Positions 33,619-44,153 of a stretch of DNA of 64,000 bases are shown in pieces. Source of the DNA: Candidatus Acidiferrales bacterium (GTDB lineage: Bacteria; Bacteroidota; Ignavibacteria; Kryptoniales; JAKASW01); the NCBI GenBank assembly GCA_035515795.1, contig DATJAY010000039.1, positions 142,964 through 206,963 on the forward strand. The letters run 5' to 3'. Position 1 is the stretch's first letter. Each line of letters begins with the position of its first letter. The notes under the pieces are model-generated. The model searched no databases. It saw only the letters and a list, made by a program, of their open reading frames with translations, and was not told the DNA's origin. Position numbers and translations under genes: made by a program.

Positions 33619-36297
33619 TTATTTCGAACTTACGATGTAATATCCCTGCTCGACATTCCAACCCTTGATTGAAACGACACCATTCATTGTCTCATCAGAT
33701 TTCGTATCGATGAAGATTGTCTTTGCTTCGCCGGGTAATATCGAGATATAATTGTCGCTGTAAAACACGGGCAGAATACGTTTTTTTGTTGAGGAGTGAA
33801 CCAGCGAGATACGATTGAAAAATGCGACGGGTCCACCTGCGGGATCGGAGATTGTAACTTCAATCTTCAGCGGGCTTATTACTCTTGCCGTCACCGACAC
33901 ATTTGCCTTCGGCATTTGCTGCAATCCGGTGTAATTGCCTGTGGAATCGGGAAGCCAGTAAAAATTGTCGCTTAACATTTTGCGGTCAGTGTCGAGCAAA
34001 CGCAATGAGAGGAAACCTCCGTGAGCTGTAAACAGGGTGTCCAATATCTTCTTGACAGGCTCGATTCTCTGAACGGAAGTCGGACTCATTTGGATGAGCA
34101 CTTGCATGACGAGCGAATCTTTGCCCGCGATATCGTATGCGGTTGCCTGCAGCATGATATCGTGGTACGGACGAAAAGTCTCGTTCACAACCGTCGTCAT
34201 TCCGTCTATCGGGTTATACATGACGTGGAGAGGTTCGCCTGCGTGGTGCAAACCATATAGACCTCCGTTCGGATCGAGATAGTGATCGTACATTTGACCG
34301 CGCAGGGCCGTCCATGGATTCTGAGTTTTCCAGATGATGACGCCGGTATACCAGTCCCACATGTGCGCCAGGTGACCTTCGATCAACCCACGATACTCGT
34401 CGTAGTTGACAAGTTGCGCCTTGTCGGCATAGTCTTTGACGTCCATCGGTTTTCCGTAGGCATCGATGAAGCTGCCGTACCAACCTGGTTCGTGGTACCC
34501 CCACACTGAATCCATGTTTTTCCAGGCCGGGCCTGGAAGGGTCATGTCCTGTTGTGGTATGAAACGCTCCAGCGATTCGTAATCTCCCATCCCTACAGAT
34601 CCAATTTCAGAGTTGAAGGGGAAGAAACGGTTTTCCCAGAAGAACCTCACAGGCTCAAGCCAATATGGTCCGTCTCCCGTGCGGCCGATAAAGTTGTACG
34701 ACATGCTATCGACATTTGAATACTCGAAGAAATAACGCGTAGTGTCCAATTCTGGCAGCAGGGAATCTTGGATTGAAGCAAGGATATCTTCGGGTGGAGC
34801 AATTTCGTTCCCGCCACAGTAGAAAGCGAGAGAGGGATGGTTGCGGATCATTTTGACCTGGTCGGCGACGGATTCCAGGAAGAGCAGGTGGTCGTCGGGA
34901 TAATTACGCCTGGTCCACTGATCTTCTTTTTTCTTCGGATCGGTCCACTTGCCGTTGCAGTCGCCTGACATCCAGAAATCCTGAAAGACGAGTATTCCAT
35001 ATTTGTCGCACGCGTCGTAGAACTCCGGCCGCTCAGTAATACCTCCACCCCACACGCGGATCAGGTTGAGATTCATGTCTCGGTGAAAGCGGAGTTCGGC
35101 ATCGTACCGTTCGGGCGAGAAGCGGAGCATGGCATCCGACGTAATCCAGTCGCCGCCTTTTATGAATATCTTCTGTCCGTTTACAAGCACCTGACGGCTG
35201 CGTGTGTGGTCGTTCCATTGTGTCTGTATTTCACGGATGCCTGTCGTAATAATCTTCTCGTCAAGTATTTGATTGTCATCATTCAGGAATTGAAAATCGA
35301 ATCTATACAAAGCTTGCCTGCCGTAGCCGTTTGGCCACCATAGCTTCGGATTCTTCATTGTGTAATCCGGTAATTGCACCATTGTTGTTGTATCCGGTTG
35401 AAGGACCACTTCCTTCTTTACGACAACGCTATCGAGAATATATTCAAGTGCACCATGAACCTCCTTATCTGTCGGATTGTAAATCTCCGCGCTTGCCTTG
35501 ATGATCACTGGTGCTTGTGGCGCTTCAGGAAATCTCTTGCCGGGAACCACAGTGACGACATGCGGATTCTGCTGACGAATTGAAAATGTTCTTTCAATAA
35601 TCACCTTGTCCCAGATTCCCGTGTTCCGGTCGTGGATGGGCTGGATCCAATCCCAGCCAGCAGTGTACTGGCTCGACACATTTCGTGCGATTGTTCCATC
35701 GCCGCCCTGTCCGCCATTTGGGTTGCCGACAGGATCGGGAGGAAAAACCAAGACGGCAAGCCGGTTGTCTCCGTCCTGCGGGATGAAGGAGGTGATGTCA
35801 TAAGTCTGTCGCAGGAACATTCCGTAATGTGTTTGCTTGTTCAGTCTATGGCCGTTCAGGTAGATGTCACACCCGTAATTGATGCCTCGGAAATGGAGCC
35901 AGACCCGTTGGTTGTCGACAGGCGGTTGCTCGTGGAAATTGTTTGCAAACCAGTAGGTATAATATTTGCGCCCGGCGTCGTAGATGTCTGGTATCTTCTT
36001 ATTGTTCATCCCATAATATGGATCAGGGATCAAGCTGTCGTTCAATAGTGTCGTCAGGACAGTTCCAGGCACTGTAGCACGCATCCATCCGGACAAAGGA
36101 TAAGATGGAGTGGACAATTCTTCTCCGGTCGATTTCAGGTCCCCGATATTCATACATACCCAGCCTGAATCTAACTCCCGGAGGTTCACGGGGTAATTGA
36201 GAACGTTGCGCCGCATCGGGATATTTAAGGATGCACATCCGATTATCGTCGATGAGACAATAAGGAAGATGGATGCTGTGGTAATTCTTTTGCACAT
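33619..36297 (-). CDS. Glycoside hydrolase family 2 protein (exo-beta-glucosaminidase / beta-mannosidase-like)
   Basis: 892 aa. Lipoprotein signal ..STIIGC. GH2 sugar-binding, Ig and TIM regions with LWWPNGYG, NLIRVWGGG and YCGGNEI (acid/base Glu). Confidence 0.85.
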   Translation of the reverse strand: MCKRITTASIFLIVSSTIIGCASLNIPMRRNVLNYPVNLRELDSGWVCMNIGDLKSTGEELSTPSYPLSGWMRATVPGTVLTTLLNDSLIPDPYYGMNNKKIPDIYDAGRKYYTYWFANNFHEQPPVDNQRVWLHFRGINYGCDIYLNGHRLNKQTHYGMFLRQTYDITSFIPQDGDNRLAVLVFPPDPVGNPNGGQGGDGTIARNVSSQYTAGWDWIQPIHDRNTGIWDKVIIERTFSIRQQNPHVVTVVPGKRFPEAPQAPVIIKASAEIYNPTDKEVHGALEYILDSVVVKKEVVLQPDTTTMVQLPDYTMKNPKLWWPNGYGRQALYRFDFQFLNDDNQILDEKIITTGIREIQTQWNDHTRSRQVLVNGQKIFIKGGDWITSDAMLRFSPERYDAELRFHRDMNLNLIRVWGGGITERPEFYDACDKYGILVFQDFWMSGDCNGKWTDPKKKEDQWTRRNYPDDHLLFLESVADQVKMIRNHPSLAFYCGGNEIAPPEDILASIQDSLLPELDTTRYFFEYSNVDSMSYNFIGRTGDGPYWLEPVRFFWENRFFPFNSEIGSVGMGDYESLERFIPQQDMTLPGPAWKNMDSVWGYHEPGWYGSFIDAYGKPMDVKDYADKAQLVNYDEYRGLIEGHLAHMWDWYTGVIIWKTQNPWTALRGQMYDHYLDPNGGLYGLHHAGEPLHVMYNPIDGMTTVVNETFRPYHDIMLQATAYDIAGKDSLVMQVLIQMSPTSVQRIEPVKKILDTLFTAHGGFLSLRLLDTDRKMLSDNFYWLPDSTGNYTGLQQMPKANVSVTARVISPLKIEVTISDPAGGPVAFFNRISLVHSSTKKRILPVFYSDNYISILPGEAKTIFIDTKSDETMNGVVSIKGWNVEQGYYIVSSK

Positions 36298-36522
36298 GGT
36301 AGAATTTTCTTTTAATTGTCAATCGTTCATAACGAATCGGAGACAAGATAGCATTTGAGGAATTCAAATACCTGAGAAAGGATAATTGTTTCTTCTAACC
36401 AATCGATCTAAATTAATCTGAAAATGATTTCTGAGTGTGCTTCAAGAACGACTTAACTTTCTAAATACAGTTTTCTGTAGCAATTACTGAAAGGAGGCAA
36501 AACGAAATTAGTTTTATTTCTT

Positions 36523-37086
36523 TTGTTGCTTGGCTCTGCAATATTCATGCTTTCATCCTGCAAGAAGAGTAATCTGGTTGGTGCGTCAAGCGATCAACAA
36601 ATTTGGCCGCTTAAAACGGGTGACCTCTGGGATTATCAAGTGGCATCCTATGATACTGCAGGAATCGTTAATGGGGGAGGAACACTTTCGCTTTCAATTA
36701 CATCAGACACCGTCGTCGCCGGCGAGACGTGGTATCGCCTTTCAGGGGACACGGGGAATTTCTTCTACACGGAAAGATCTAACGGATTTTGGATAATGTC
36801 GAACGGTTCCCAGGCTCTTTTTCTCAAATATCCGGGGAGTGCTGGCGAGAGTTGGAATTGCTATTCGGATTCGGTGTCTGTTCAATCGACGGACACCTCG
36901 GTGAGCGTTCCGCTAGGTACTTATAATTGTTACATGTATCGCCTATTTTATAGTTCAAAACCGGTAGAAGATTATTATCTATCTATAGGTGTAGGAATGG
37001 TGGCCGAGGATGACTACTCAGTGACAAGCTCAGGGCAGGTCTATAAAGCTTATGCTTTCAGTCTCACTTATGCCAGTCTTAAATAG
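36523..37086 (+). CDS. Hypothetical lipoprotein
   Basis: 187 aa. Lipobox FMLSSC. TTG start uncertain (AGGAGG at 36492-36497 sits further upstream than expected). No family recognised. Confidence 0.5.
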   Translation: MLLGSAIFMLSSCKKSNLVGASSDQQIWPLKTGDLWDYQVASYDTAGIVNGGGTLSLSITSDTVVAGETWYRLSGDTGNFFYTERSNGFWIMSNGSQALFLKYPGSAGESWNCYSDSVSVQSTDTSVSVPLGTYNCYMYRLFYSSKPVEDYYLSIGVGMVAEDDYSVTSSGQVYKAYAFSLTYASLK

Positions 37087-37144
37087 AAGATGTTCACTTT
37101 GTTTTGCTTCACGCAATCGATGTTAGTTTAAGGAGTCTATCCAC

Positions 37145-39958
37145 ATGAAGATGCTTCGTTCTTTCGTATATGGGTTGTCATTTCTGCTCTCAGTTGTTGT
37201 TACGCAAACTCAAGCCCAGCAAATATTCAAGCTAGACCAGTCACTTGCGACTGATTCAAGCGCCACCATCGGCAAACTGGATAACGGTCTGACTTATTAC
37301 ATCAAGGAAAACAGGAAGCCTGAAAAACGCGCCGACCTGCGGCTTGTCGTGAAAGCCGGGTCGGTCCTTGAAGACGACGACCAGCAAGGGCTCGCGCATT
37401 TCGTGGAACACATGGCATTCCATGGCACGAAGAGTTTTCCGAAACACGAGCTGGCGAATTTCCTGGAAAAGTCAGGTATCAGGTTTGGGCCAGAAGTAAA
37501 CGCCTACACAGACTTTGACGAGACATGGTACATCCTTCAGGTGCCGACGGACTCGCCGGCTGTCATGAAAACCGGATTCCAGATACTGGAAGAATGGGCT
37601 CATGCCGTAACATTCAATGATTCGGATATTGAAAAAGAGCGCGGTGTAGTCAGGGAAGAATGGCGGCTCGGAAGAGGCGCCGATGAGCGCATCTTCAGAC
37701 AGCAGTGTCCGTATTTATTCTACAAGTCCCGTTATGCCGAGCGGATTCCGATCGGAAAGATAGGGATCATAGACTCGTGTCCACACGATGCCATCCGACG
37801 TTTTTATCGTGACTGGTATAGACCGGATCTGATGGCAGTGATCGCTGTCGGAGATTTCAACAAGGGTGAGATCGAACAACTTATTAAAGACCATTTCTCA
37901 AGCCTGAAGAACCCGCCGAATGAGCGGGAGCGAGCAAAATATTCCATCCCAGATCACAAGGATACTCTGGTCTCGATTGCCACGGATAAAGAATTGTCCC
38001 GGACTTCAATTAGCGTAACGTTTCTGCGAAATGCTCACGGGAGCCGGACCGTATCCGACTATCGCAATGACATCATAAGTGGTCTCTATGATCGGATGTT
38101 CAATGCGCGCCTCAGTGAAATTGTTCTTAAGCCGAACCCGGCTTTCATCTATGCCTATGGTGGCGACGGGAGATTCCTCGCGGACAGACAAGCTTATAGT
38201 TTGGGTGCGGGTGTCGCGGACACGACGATCGTAAGGGGACTTCAGGCTGTCATGGTTGAAGCCAATCGAGTGAGGGAATACGGTTTCACCTCTTCTGAGC
38301 TCGAGCGTCAAAAGAATGAAAGTTTGAGATGGATGCAGAAAGCATACGATGAGCGCGACAAAACAGAATCGAGCCGGTATGTTAACGAGTACCAGCGGAA
38401 TTTCATAAATGATGAACCGATTCCGGGAATCGCAGCAGAGCTCGCTCTGTACAAACAATTACTGCCTGGTATTACGGCAGAGGAAGTAAACGATCTTGCA
38501 TCAGAAAGAATGAGGCCCGGTAATTCAACCATTCTCGTCGCGGCACCTGAGAAAGACAGTGTCAGACTTCCGTCGGAGAATGAAGTGCTGGCTGTTGTAA
38601 GTGCGGCGGGAGCCTTGAAACTCGAGCCGTACGTTGATCGTGTGAGCTCCGAGCCGCTGATTGCAAAGCTGCCGGTTCCTGGAAAAATTGTCGCAGAGAA
38701 AAAGATACCTTCGATTGGGATCACTGAATGGAGACTTTCAAATGGGGCAAGAGTTGTGTTGAAGCCCACCGATTTCAAGAACGATGAGATTCTTTTCTCT
38801 TCTTACGCTCCCGGCGGCTCGTCGCTCGTCGATGACAGCGATTACCTTTCAGCAATTGCCGCCACCGGCATTATCGCTCAAGCCGGGATCGGAGATTTTG
38901 ATGCCGTTACACTCAACAAGAAACTGGCGGGCAAAGTCGTATCTGTCAGCCCGATGATCTCTGAAATCTACGAAGGTCTCCGAGGTAATTCATCGCCGAA
39001 AGATATTGAGACATTGTTCCAACTTGTATATCTCTACTCGACTTCACCAAGAAGGGACACGGCTGCGTTCTCGGCCTACATGACGCGATGGAAAGAGTCT
39101 TTGCAGAATGTGAGTGCTAACCCGCAGGCGGTGTTCAATGACACGATCCGAGTGACGATGTCAAATTATCATTTTAGAGGACGTCCCATAACGACAGGCT
39201 TGCTGGATGAAGTCAGGTTGGACGAAGCTCTCTCCATTTACAAGTCACGGTTTGCGGACTTCAGCAGTTCCACTTTCTTCTTTGTAGGATCGTTCCAGGT
39301 TGACAGCTTAAAGCCCTTCGCTGAGCAGTATCTTGCTTCTTTACCCTCTTTGAACCGTGGTGAAAAGTGGAAGGACATAGGGATGGAACCACCCAAAGGT
39401 GTCATAGCCAAGGAAGTGCGAAAAGGTGTCGAGCCAAAGAGCCTGGTCAATCTCACATTCACCGGACCATTTGTGTGGTCGCAACAAAACCGGTACGATT
39501 TTGAAGCTATGATGGGCATCCTCAACATCAGGCTCCGCGAGGTACTGAGGGAAGATAAAGGTGCGACTTACGGAGTTAGAGTAAACGGCAATTCACATTC
39601 CATCCCGAAACCGGAATACAGCATCACGATTTCATGGGGATGCAGTCCCGACCGCGTGGATGAGCTTGTGAAGCAGGTGCTGATTCAAATAGACAGCCTG
39701 AAACTCAAAGGACCGGATTCGGTTTACATCCAGAAGGAAAAGGAGTTGGAGCGCCGCTCCCTCGAAGTAAATTTGAAACAAAACGGTTATTGGATGTCGA
39801 GATTGTACGGGTGCTATCTTGACAACGAAGATCCAGAGGTGATTCTGAACTATCCTAAACTTATCGACGGGCTTACGGAAGGTGCCATTCAGTCGGCGGC
39901 GAAGGAGTATTTCAGCATGGATAATTATGTGAAGGTTGTGCTTTATCCGGAAAAATGA
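37145..39958 (+). CDS. M16 family zinc peptidase, fused double-module (PqqL-like) form
   Basis: 937 aa. Signal peptide, inverted zinc motif HFVEHMAFHG (HxxEH) and downstream EREVV..E. Confidence 0.88.
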   Translation: MKMLRSFVYGLSFLLSVVVTQTQAQQIFKLDQSLATDSSATIGKLDNGLTYYIKENRKPEKRADLRLVVKAGSVLEDDDQQGLAHFVEHMAFHGTKSFPKHELANFLEKSGIRFGPEVNAYTDFDETWYILQVPTDSPAVMKTGFQILEEWAHAVTFNDSDIEKERGVVREEWRLGRGADERIFRQQCPYLFYKSRYAERIPIGKIGIIDSCPHDAIRRFYRDWYRPDLMAVIAVGDFNKGEIEQLIKDHFSSLKNPPNERERAKYSIPDHKDTLVSIATDKELSRTSISVTFLRNAHGSRTVSDYRNDIISGLYDRMFNARLSEIVLKPNPAFIYAYGGDGRFLADRQAYSLGAGVADTTIVRGLQAVMVEANRVREYGFTSSELERQKNESLRWMQKAYDERDKTESSRYVNEYQRNFINDEPIPGIAAELALYKQLLPGITAEEVNDLASERMRPGNSTILVAAPEKDSVRLPSENEVLAVVSAAGALKLEPYVDRVSSEPLIAKLPVPGKIVAEKKIPSIGITEWRLSNGARVVLKPTDFKNDEILFSSYAPGGSSLVDDSDYLSAIAATGIIAQAGIGDFDAVTLNKKLAGKVVSVSPMISEIYEGLRGNSSPKDIETLFQLVYLYSTSPRRDTAAFSAYMTRWKESLQNVSANPQAVFNDTIRVTMSNYHFRGRPITTGLLDEVRLDEALSIYKSRFADFSSSTFFFVGSFQVDSLKPFAEQYLASLPSLNRGEKWKDIGMEPPKGVIAKEVRKGVEPKSLVNLTFTGPFVWSQQNRYDFEAMMGILNIRLREVLREDKGATYGVRVNGNSHSIPKPEYSITISWGCSPDRVDELVKQVLIQIDSLKLKGPDSVYIQKEKELERRSLEVNLKQNGYWMSRLYGCYLDNEDPEVILNYPKLIDGLTEGAIQSAAKEYFSMDNYVKVVLYPEK

Positions 39959-40002
39959 ATTAAGACATCTTAAGAAGTGCTCTGATTTCAAGAGAGGCAA
40001 GA

Positions 40003-40368
40003 ATGCAGATCAGCAGAGAAGATTTTGAGGCGGTCAAGGAACTTGAAGAATCGATGTGGCGCTCCGAAACGCGATTCGACAGGGACTATATGGAACGTGT
40101 ATTGTCGCCGGACTTCTTCGAGTTTGGGCGTTCAGGTCGCGTCTACAAGAGAGAGGATACGCTCGCTGCGCCCGCACAGAAAATCAATGCGAAGCTCCCG
40201 CTGAAAGATTTTAGAATCCATCCGATTACTGAAGATGTTGTGTTGGTAACTTACATCACTGAAGTGATCGGAAATAAGCTGGAGATGGGGAACAGGAGCT
40301 CAATTTGGATTAGAACTCCGAAAGGGTGGCGGCTGAGGTTTCATCAGGGAACGCCGGTCAACTCATAG
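40003..40368 (+). CDS. NTF2-fold (DUF4440/SnoaL-like) protein
   Basis: 121 aa. Motifs FDRDYMERVLSPDFFEFGRSGRVY and WRLRFHQGTPV typical of DUF4440-like proteins. Confidence 0.65.
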   Translation: MQISREDFEAVKELEESMWRSETRFDRDYMERVLSPDFFEFGRSGRVYKREDTLAAPAQKINAKLPLKDFRIHPITEDVVLVTYITEVIGNKLEMGNRSSIWIRTPKGWRLRFHQGTPVNS

Positions 40369-40444
40369 AGATCCGAAGAAGAAGGTAGCACACACTGTCA
40401 GTTCTCGAATAAAGGCACAGTCCCAACTCCAGTCATTCCCTTAC

Positions 40445-40900
40445 TCACTCCCACTTCTGCAACTCTACGATATTTCCTTCCGGATCGCTGGCATAGACGA
40501 ACTCTATTTTACCTGCACCTTTGATTTCTGTAGAGACTCGATCTCCGACTTTACCTCCTCCATTACGGATAACCTTTTCGAGCATTTGCTGAACATTTCC
40601 GACAGCGAAAGCTATGTGGCCAAAACCAGGCCGATTAATTTTGTGTGCCACACCCCTGGTCATGCTGGAGTATTGGAAAATTTCTGAAGTGGGTCCATCC
40701 TCTCCATAACCGGGAAGTTGGAGGTGAATTCCTCGGATACGGGCATCGTGAAGTGATGTTGCGTCGACCAGCCATTTTCCCTTCAGATCTCGTTCGGGGG
40801 GTTTAAGTGTGCATCCAAAGACATCTATGTAAAACTGGGCGAGCGACTTCCAATCTCTTGCCACTAAATTTGTATGCACATACCTTATCGGGCGGGCCAC
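40445..40900 (-). CDS. VOC (glyoxalase) family protein
   Basis: 151 aa. Motifs FYIDVFGC, GFGHIAFAV and DPEGNIVELQ. Confidence 0.8.
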   Translation of the reverse strand: MARPIRYVHTNLVARDWKSLAQFYIDVFGCTLKPPERDLKGKWLVDATSLHDARIRGIHLQLPGYGEDGPTSEIFQYSSMTRGVAHKINRPGFGHIAFAVGNVQQMLEKVIRNGGGKVGDRVSTEIKGAGKIEFVYASDPEGNIVELQKWE

Positions 40901-40958
40901 AATTAATTTCTTATCAGGTTGTCGAATTTGTCAAATGCCATGTAAGCATAAGTTTAGT

Positions 40959-41459
40959 TCAGGAAGAAATTACGTTTTTCAAATTTATATTCCTGTTTCT
41001 CAAATCGACGCCGCCTTCAAGTACGGATTTCAGATTTGCAAGATAAAATGCCCATCCTTTCGTACAGCCGAGATGAAAACTTATTTTTGATTCTTCATCG
41101 GCAGGAATATCTTCCTGCTGAAGTTCTACAAGAGTATATCCGGATTCAGTTTTTATCTTTACACTGACTATTCCAGCTTTGCCGAACACAAACCTCAGAG
41201 AGTCTTTACCGTCTGCCTCCAGAATTGTTCCTCTTTCGACAGTTCCATCGTCATAGCCATGCCACAACCATTCGTAAGTATCGCCTTTTTTGATGTGATC
41301 ATTGGGAGGTCTCGGTGATTTGTCTGGCTTTGAAAACGCCGCCCTTCTTAGAAACCACCGTTCGAGATCGGTTTGGGTCGTCCACGAGTCGTAGATTTCT
41401 CGCACCTCAGAATTGATCGGGATCCTTAACACAAATCTGCTCCAGTCGTATCGTTTCAT
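40959..41459 (-). CDS. SRPBCC (Aha1/START-like) domain protein
   Basis: 166 aa. IYDSWTTQTDLERWFLR and a ..GWAFYLANLKSVLEGG tail typical of AHSA1-type SRPBCC proteins. Confidence 0.75.
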   Translation of the reverse strand: MKRYDWSRFVLRIPINSEVREIYDSWTTQTDLERWFLRRAAFSKPDKSPRPPNDHIKKGDTYEWLWHGYDDGTVERGTILEADGKDSLRFVFGKAGIVSVKIKTESGYTLVELQQEDIPADEESKISFHLGCTKGWAFYLANLKSVLEGGVDLRNRNINLKNVISS

Positions 41460-41660
41460 AACCTATCCTCCTCCTTTTCAATCGTCAAATGAAATTGGGA
41501 AACGGAATGAAGTTAATCAAGTAAATCAGAAGTTCCTCGAGATAAGCGATGTCCACAGGTTGACTTTCTCCATTTTAAAGCGTAAACTTCTGTGAGTCGG
41601 TTGATAATTCCCCATGGATTTTTCGATCCAGGGGCACGGACAACTCGTTGAGAGAAAGCT

Positions 41661-42716
41661 ATGGCTGAGACTTTAACTCTTAAAAGCGTTTTGCAGGACC
41701 ACACCGCCGAGGGTGAGCTTTACACCAAACTTGAGAATGATTGGGTTTTGTGTTACGCGTGCGGCCATCGGTGCAAGATCAAACCCGGACGCGACGGGAT
41801 TTGCAAGGTGCGGTTTAATAAAGACGGAAAACTTTTTGTGCCGCGGGGATATGCTGCCGGGATTCAGCTCGACCCTATTGAGAAGAAACCGTTCTTCCAT
41901 GCATTCCCCGGGAGAAGCGCGGTAAGCTTCGGAATGCTGGGATGTGATTACCATTGTTCTTATTGTCAGAATTGGATTACGAGCCAGGCGATCCGAGATC
42001 CGTCCGCCGCCGCACAGCCGGAAGTAATCGAACCTGAAAAAATAGTCGAGCTCGCATTGCTCTATAAATCTCCGGTCTTGGTTTCAACATACAATGAGCC
42101 GCTCATCACGAGTGAATGGGCCGCAGAGATCTTCAAGCTGGCCAAGCCCTACGGGATTCGCGGCGCATACGTATCCAACGGCAACGCGACGCCGGAAGTG
42201 ATAGATTACATAACTCCTTATGTAGATCTGTATAAAGTCGACTTGAAAGGATTTGACGATAAAAGGTACAGGCAGCTTGGCGGAAGATTGGAAGTGGTTC
42301 TAAATGCCATCCATCTTCTGAAAGAAAAAGGACTCTGGGTGGAAATCGTGACGCTGTTGGTGCCGGGATTCAATGACGGCATAGAGGAATTGAAAGGCAT
42401 AGCTAAATTTATTGCGTCGGTCTCTCCGGAGATTCCATGGCACATCACGGCGTTTCATCAGGACTACAAGATGCTGGATAGGGAAAGCACCGATGCAAAG
42501 ATGCTGATGAACGCCGCAAGAATTGGAAAAGAAACGGGACTATATTTTGTATATGCCGGCAATTTGCCCGGCATGGTTGAAAACCTTGAAAATACCAACT
42601 GCCACAGATGTGGAGAGCTGCTCGTGGAACGAAGCGGATTCAGAGTGTTGAGGAATAATCTGATTGACGGTTCATGCAGAAAGTGCAAAGCAAGGATCCC
42701 TGGAGTATGGAAGTAA
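41661..42716 (+). CDS. amrS: AmmeMemoRadiSam system radical SAM enzyme
   Basis: 351 aa. N-terminal Cys cluster CYACGHRC..C, radical SAM motif GCDYHCSYCQNW, C-terminal CHRCG...C..C. Followed by AMMECR1 and MEMO genes. Confidence 0.88.
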   Translation: MAETLTLKSVLQDHTAEGELYTKLENDWVLCYACGHRCKIKPGRDGICKVRFNKDGKLFVPRGYAAGIQLDPIEKKPFFHAFPGRSAVSFGMLGCDYHCSYCQNWITSQAIRDPSAAAQPEVIEPEKIVELALLYKSPVLVSTYNEPLITSEWAAEIFKLAKPYGIRGAYVSNGNATPEVIDYITPYVDLYKVDLKGFDDKRYRQLGGRLEVVLNAIHLLKEKGLWVEIVTLLVPGFNDGIEELKGIAKFIASVSPEIPWHITAFHQDYKMLDRESTDAKMLMNAARIGKETGLYFVYAGNLPGMVENLENTNCHRCGELLVERSGFRVLRNNLIDGSCRKCKARIPGVWK

Positions 42717-43327
42717 ATCCAAACTGTTCTGAGATGGGATATGCTCTGACAAGCGAAGAGAAATCATATCTTCTTCGTGTCGCGCGCGGCTCCATAGAAG
42801 CGGCGGTGAAAAGAAAAGTCTATTCTCCGATCAAACCAGCTGATCAGAATTTGGCAAGGGCAGCGGGCGTTTTTGTTACGATTAAGAAGAACGGCGAGCT
42901 GCGAGGTTGTATCGGCTTAATTGAGCCTGAGTTCCCGTTATACCAGATCGTATCGAAAATGGCGGTGAGAGCCGCTACGTGTGACCCGCGATTCGAATCG
43001 GTTCGAGAAGATGAATTGAAGGATTTACGGATAGAAATTTCCATACTCTCTCCTTTGAAAAAACTCAGCACCATAGAGGAAATTGAGATCGGACGCCATG
43101 GTCTTATCATCGAGAGGGGAATTCACCGCGGCTTACTGTTACCTCAGGTGGCAACCGAAAACAATTGGAACAGGGAAGAATTCTTGGAATATACATGCGT
43201 AAAAGCCGGACTGGACACGGAAGATTACAAGAGTCCGGATGCGAGGCTGTATATTTTTTCCGCCGAGATCTTCGGCGAAAAGGAATTGGGAATTCCTTCA
43301 GAGGATAATTTTGCAGAACGAAAATGA
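42707..43327 (+). CDS. amrA: AmmeMemoRadiSam system protein A (AMMECR1 domain)
   Basis: Motifs GVFVTIKKNGELRGCIG, DPRF and GLLLPQV. ATG 42707 overlaps the amrS end by 10 nt. Confidence 0.85.
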   Translation: MEVNPNCSEMGYALTSEEKSYLLRVARGSIEAAVKRKVYSPIKPADQNLARAAGVFVTIKKNGELRGCIGLIEPEFPLYQIVSKMAVRAATCDPRFESVREDELKDLRIEISILSPLKKLSTIEEIEIGRHGLIIERGIHRGLLLPQVATENNWNREEFLEYTCVKAGLDTEDYKSPDARLYIFSAEIFGEKELGIPSEDNFAERK

Positions 43328-44153
43328 GTCAGTACGCCCGCCCGCCGTTGCGGGGTTATTCTATCCTGTCGGGAAGGATAGCCTGGCAAAAACGGTTAAG
43401 AAATTACTTGGTGAGGCAAGGGAAAACATTACGGGCGACGTTCCTAAGAGAATTTCGGGAATCATTTCACCACACGCGGGGTATTTGTATAGCGGATATA
43501 CAGCGGCGCATGCATATTCTCTTTTGCATAGAAATCAGTTCGCCACTGTAGCTATTATTTCTCCAAGTCACCATGAATATTTTGACGGCGTATCTGTCTT
43601 TTCTGGTAAAGCTTATTCGACCCCTCTGGGTGAGATAAAAATAAATTGTGAAACCAGGGAAAAATTTCTGGGACTTGCAGGCGATGTTGCGGTTAAATCT
43701 ACGCTTGGACATGGAGCAGAGCACGCCATAGAAGTACAGTTGCCATTTCTTCAATCGACCCTCGGAGATTTCGAACTCCTTCCAATCGTGATGGGCGACC
43801 AGAAGCGTGAATATTGCAGGGTGGTAGGCGGAGCGCTGGGCAATATTGCGTCTGGCTCCGACGTCTTGATTGTAGCTAGCTCCGATTTGTCTCACTACTA
43901 TGACTATGATACGGCTAACGACATGGATAAAGTATGCATAAATGATATAATGAGCCTGGACCCGGAAATTTTATTAAGCGATATCGAGAATCGCAGATGT
44001 GAGGCGTGCGGCGGTGGACCGATCGCCTCCTCCTTGTACGCTTCAAAGAATCTAGGGCTGAATAAAGTTTCACTTTTGAACCACTGCAATTCAGGCGATA
44101 CATCCGGTGATAAGTCGGCAGTCGTCGGATACTTATCAGCGATTATCTCATGA
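43311..44153 (+). CDS. amrB: AmmeMemoRadiSam system protein B (MEMO1 family)
   Basis: Motifs RPPAVAGLFYP, ISPHAGYLYSG, EHAIEVQLPFLQ and SSDLSHY. The start is uncertain: TTG 43311 is the only in-frame candidate near the conserved N-terminus. Confidence 0.8.
   Translation: MQNENESVRPPAVAGLFYPVGKDSLAKTVKKLLGEARENITGDVPKRISGIISPHAGYLYSGYTAAHAYSLLHRNQFATVAIISPSHHEYFDGVSVFSGKAYSTPLGEIKINCETREKFLGLAGDVAVKSTLGHGAEHAIEVQLPFLQSTLGDFELLPIVMGDQKREYCRVVGGALGNIASGSDVLIVASSDLSHYYDYDTANDMDKVCINDIMSLDPEILLSDIENRRCEACGGGPIASSLYASKNLGLNKVSLLNHCNSGDTSGDKSAVVGYLSAIIS

Noticed and set aside
43324-43551. ATG-initiated 75-aa ORF at the amrA/amrB junction as an alternative start frame for the MEMO gene
   Set aside because: It is in a different frame from the conserved MEMO motifs (VAGLFYP, SPHAGY). 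Its product has no similarity to anything I recognise.
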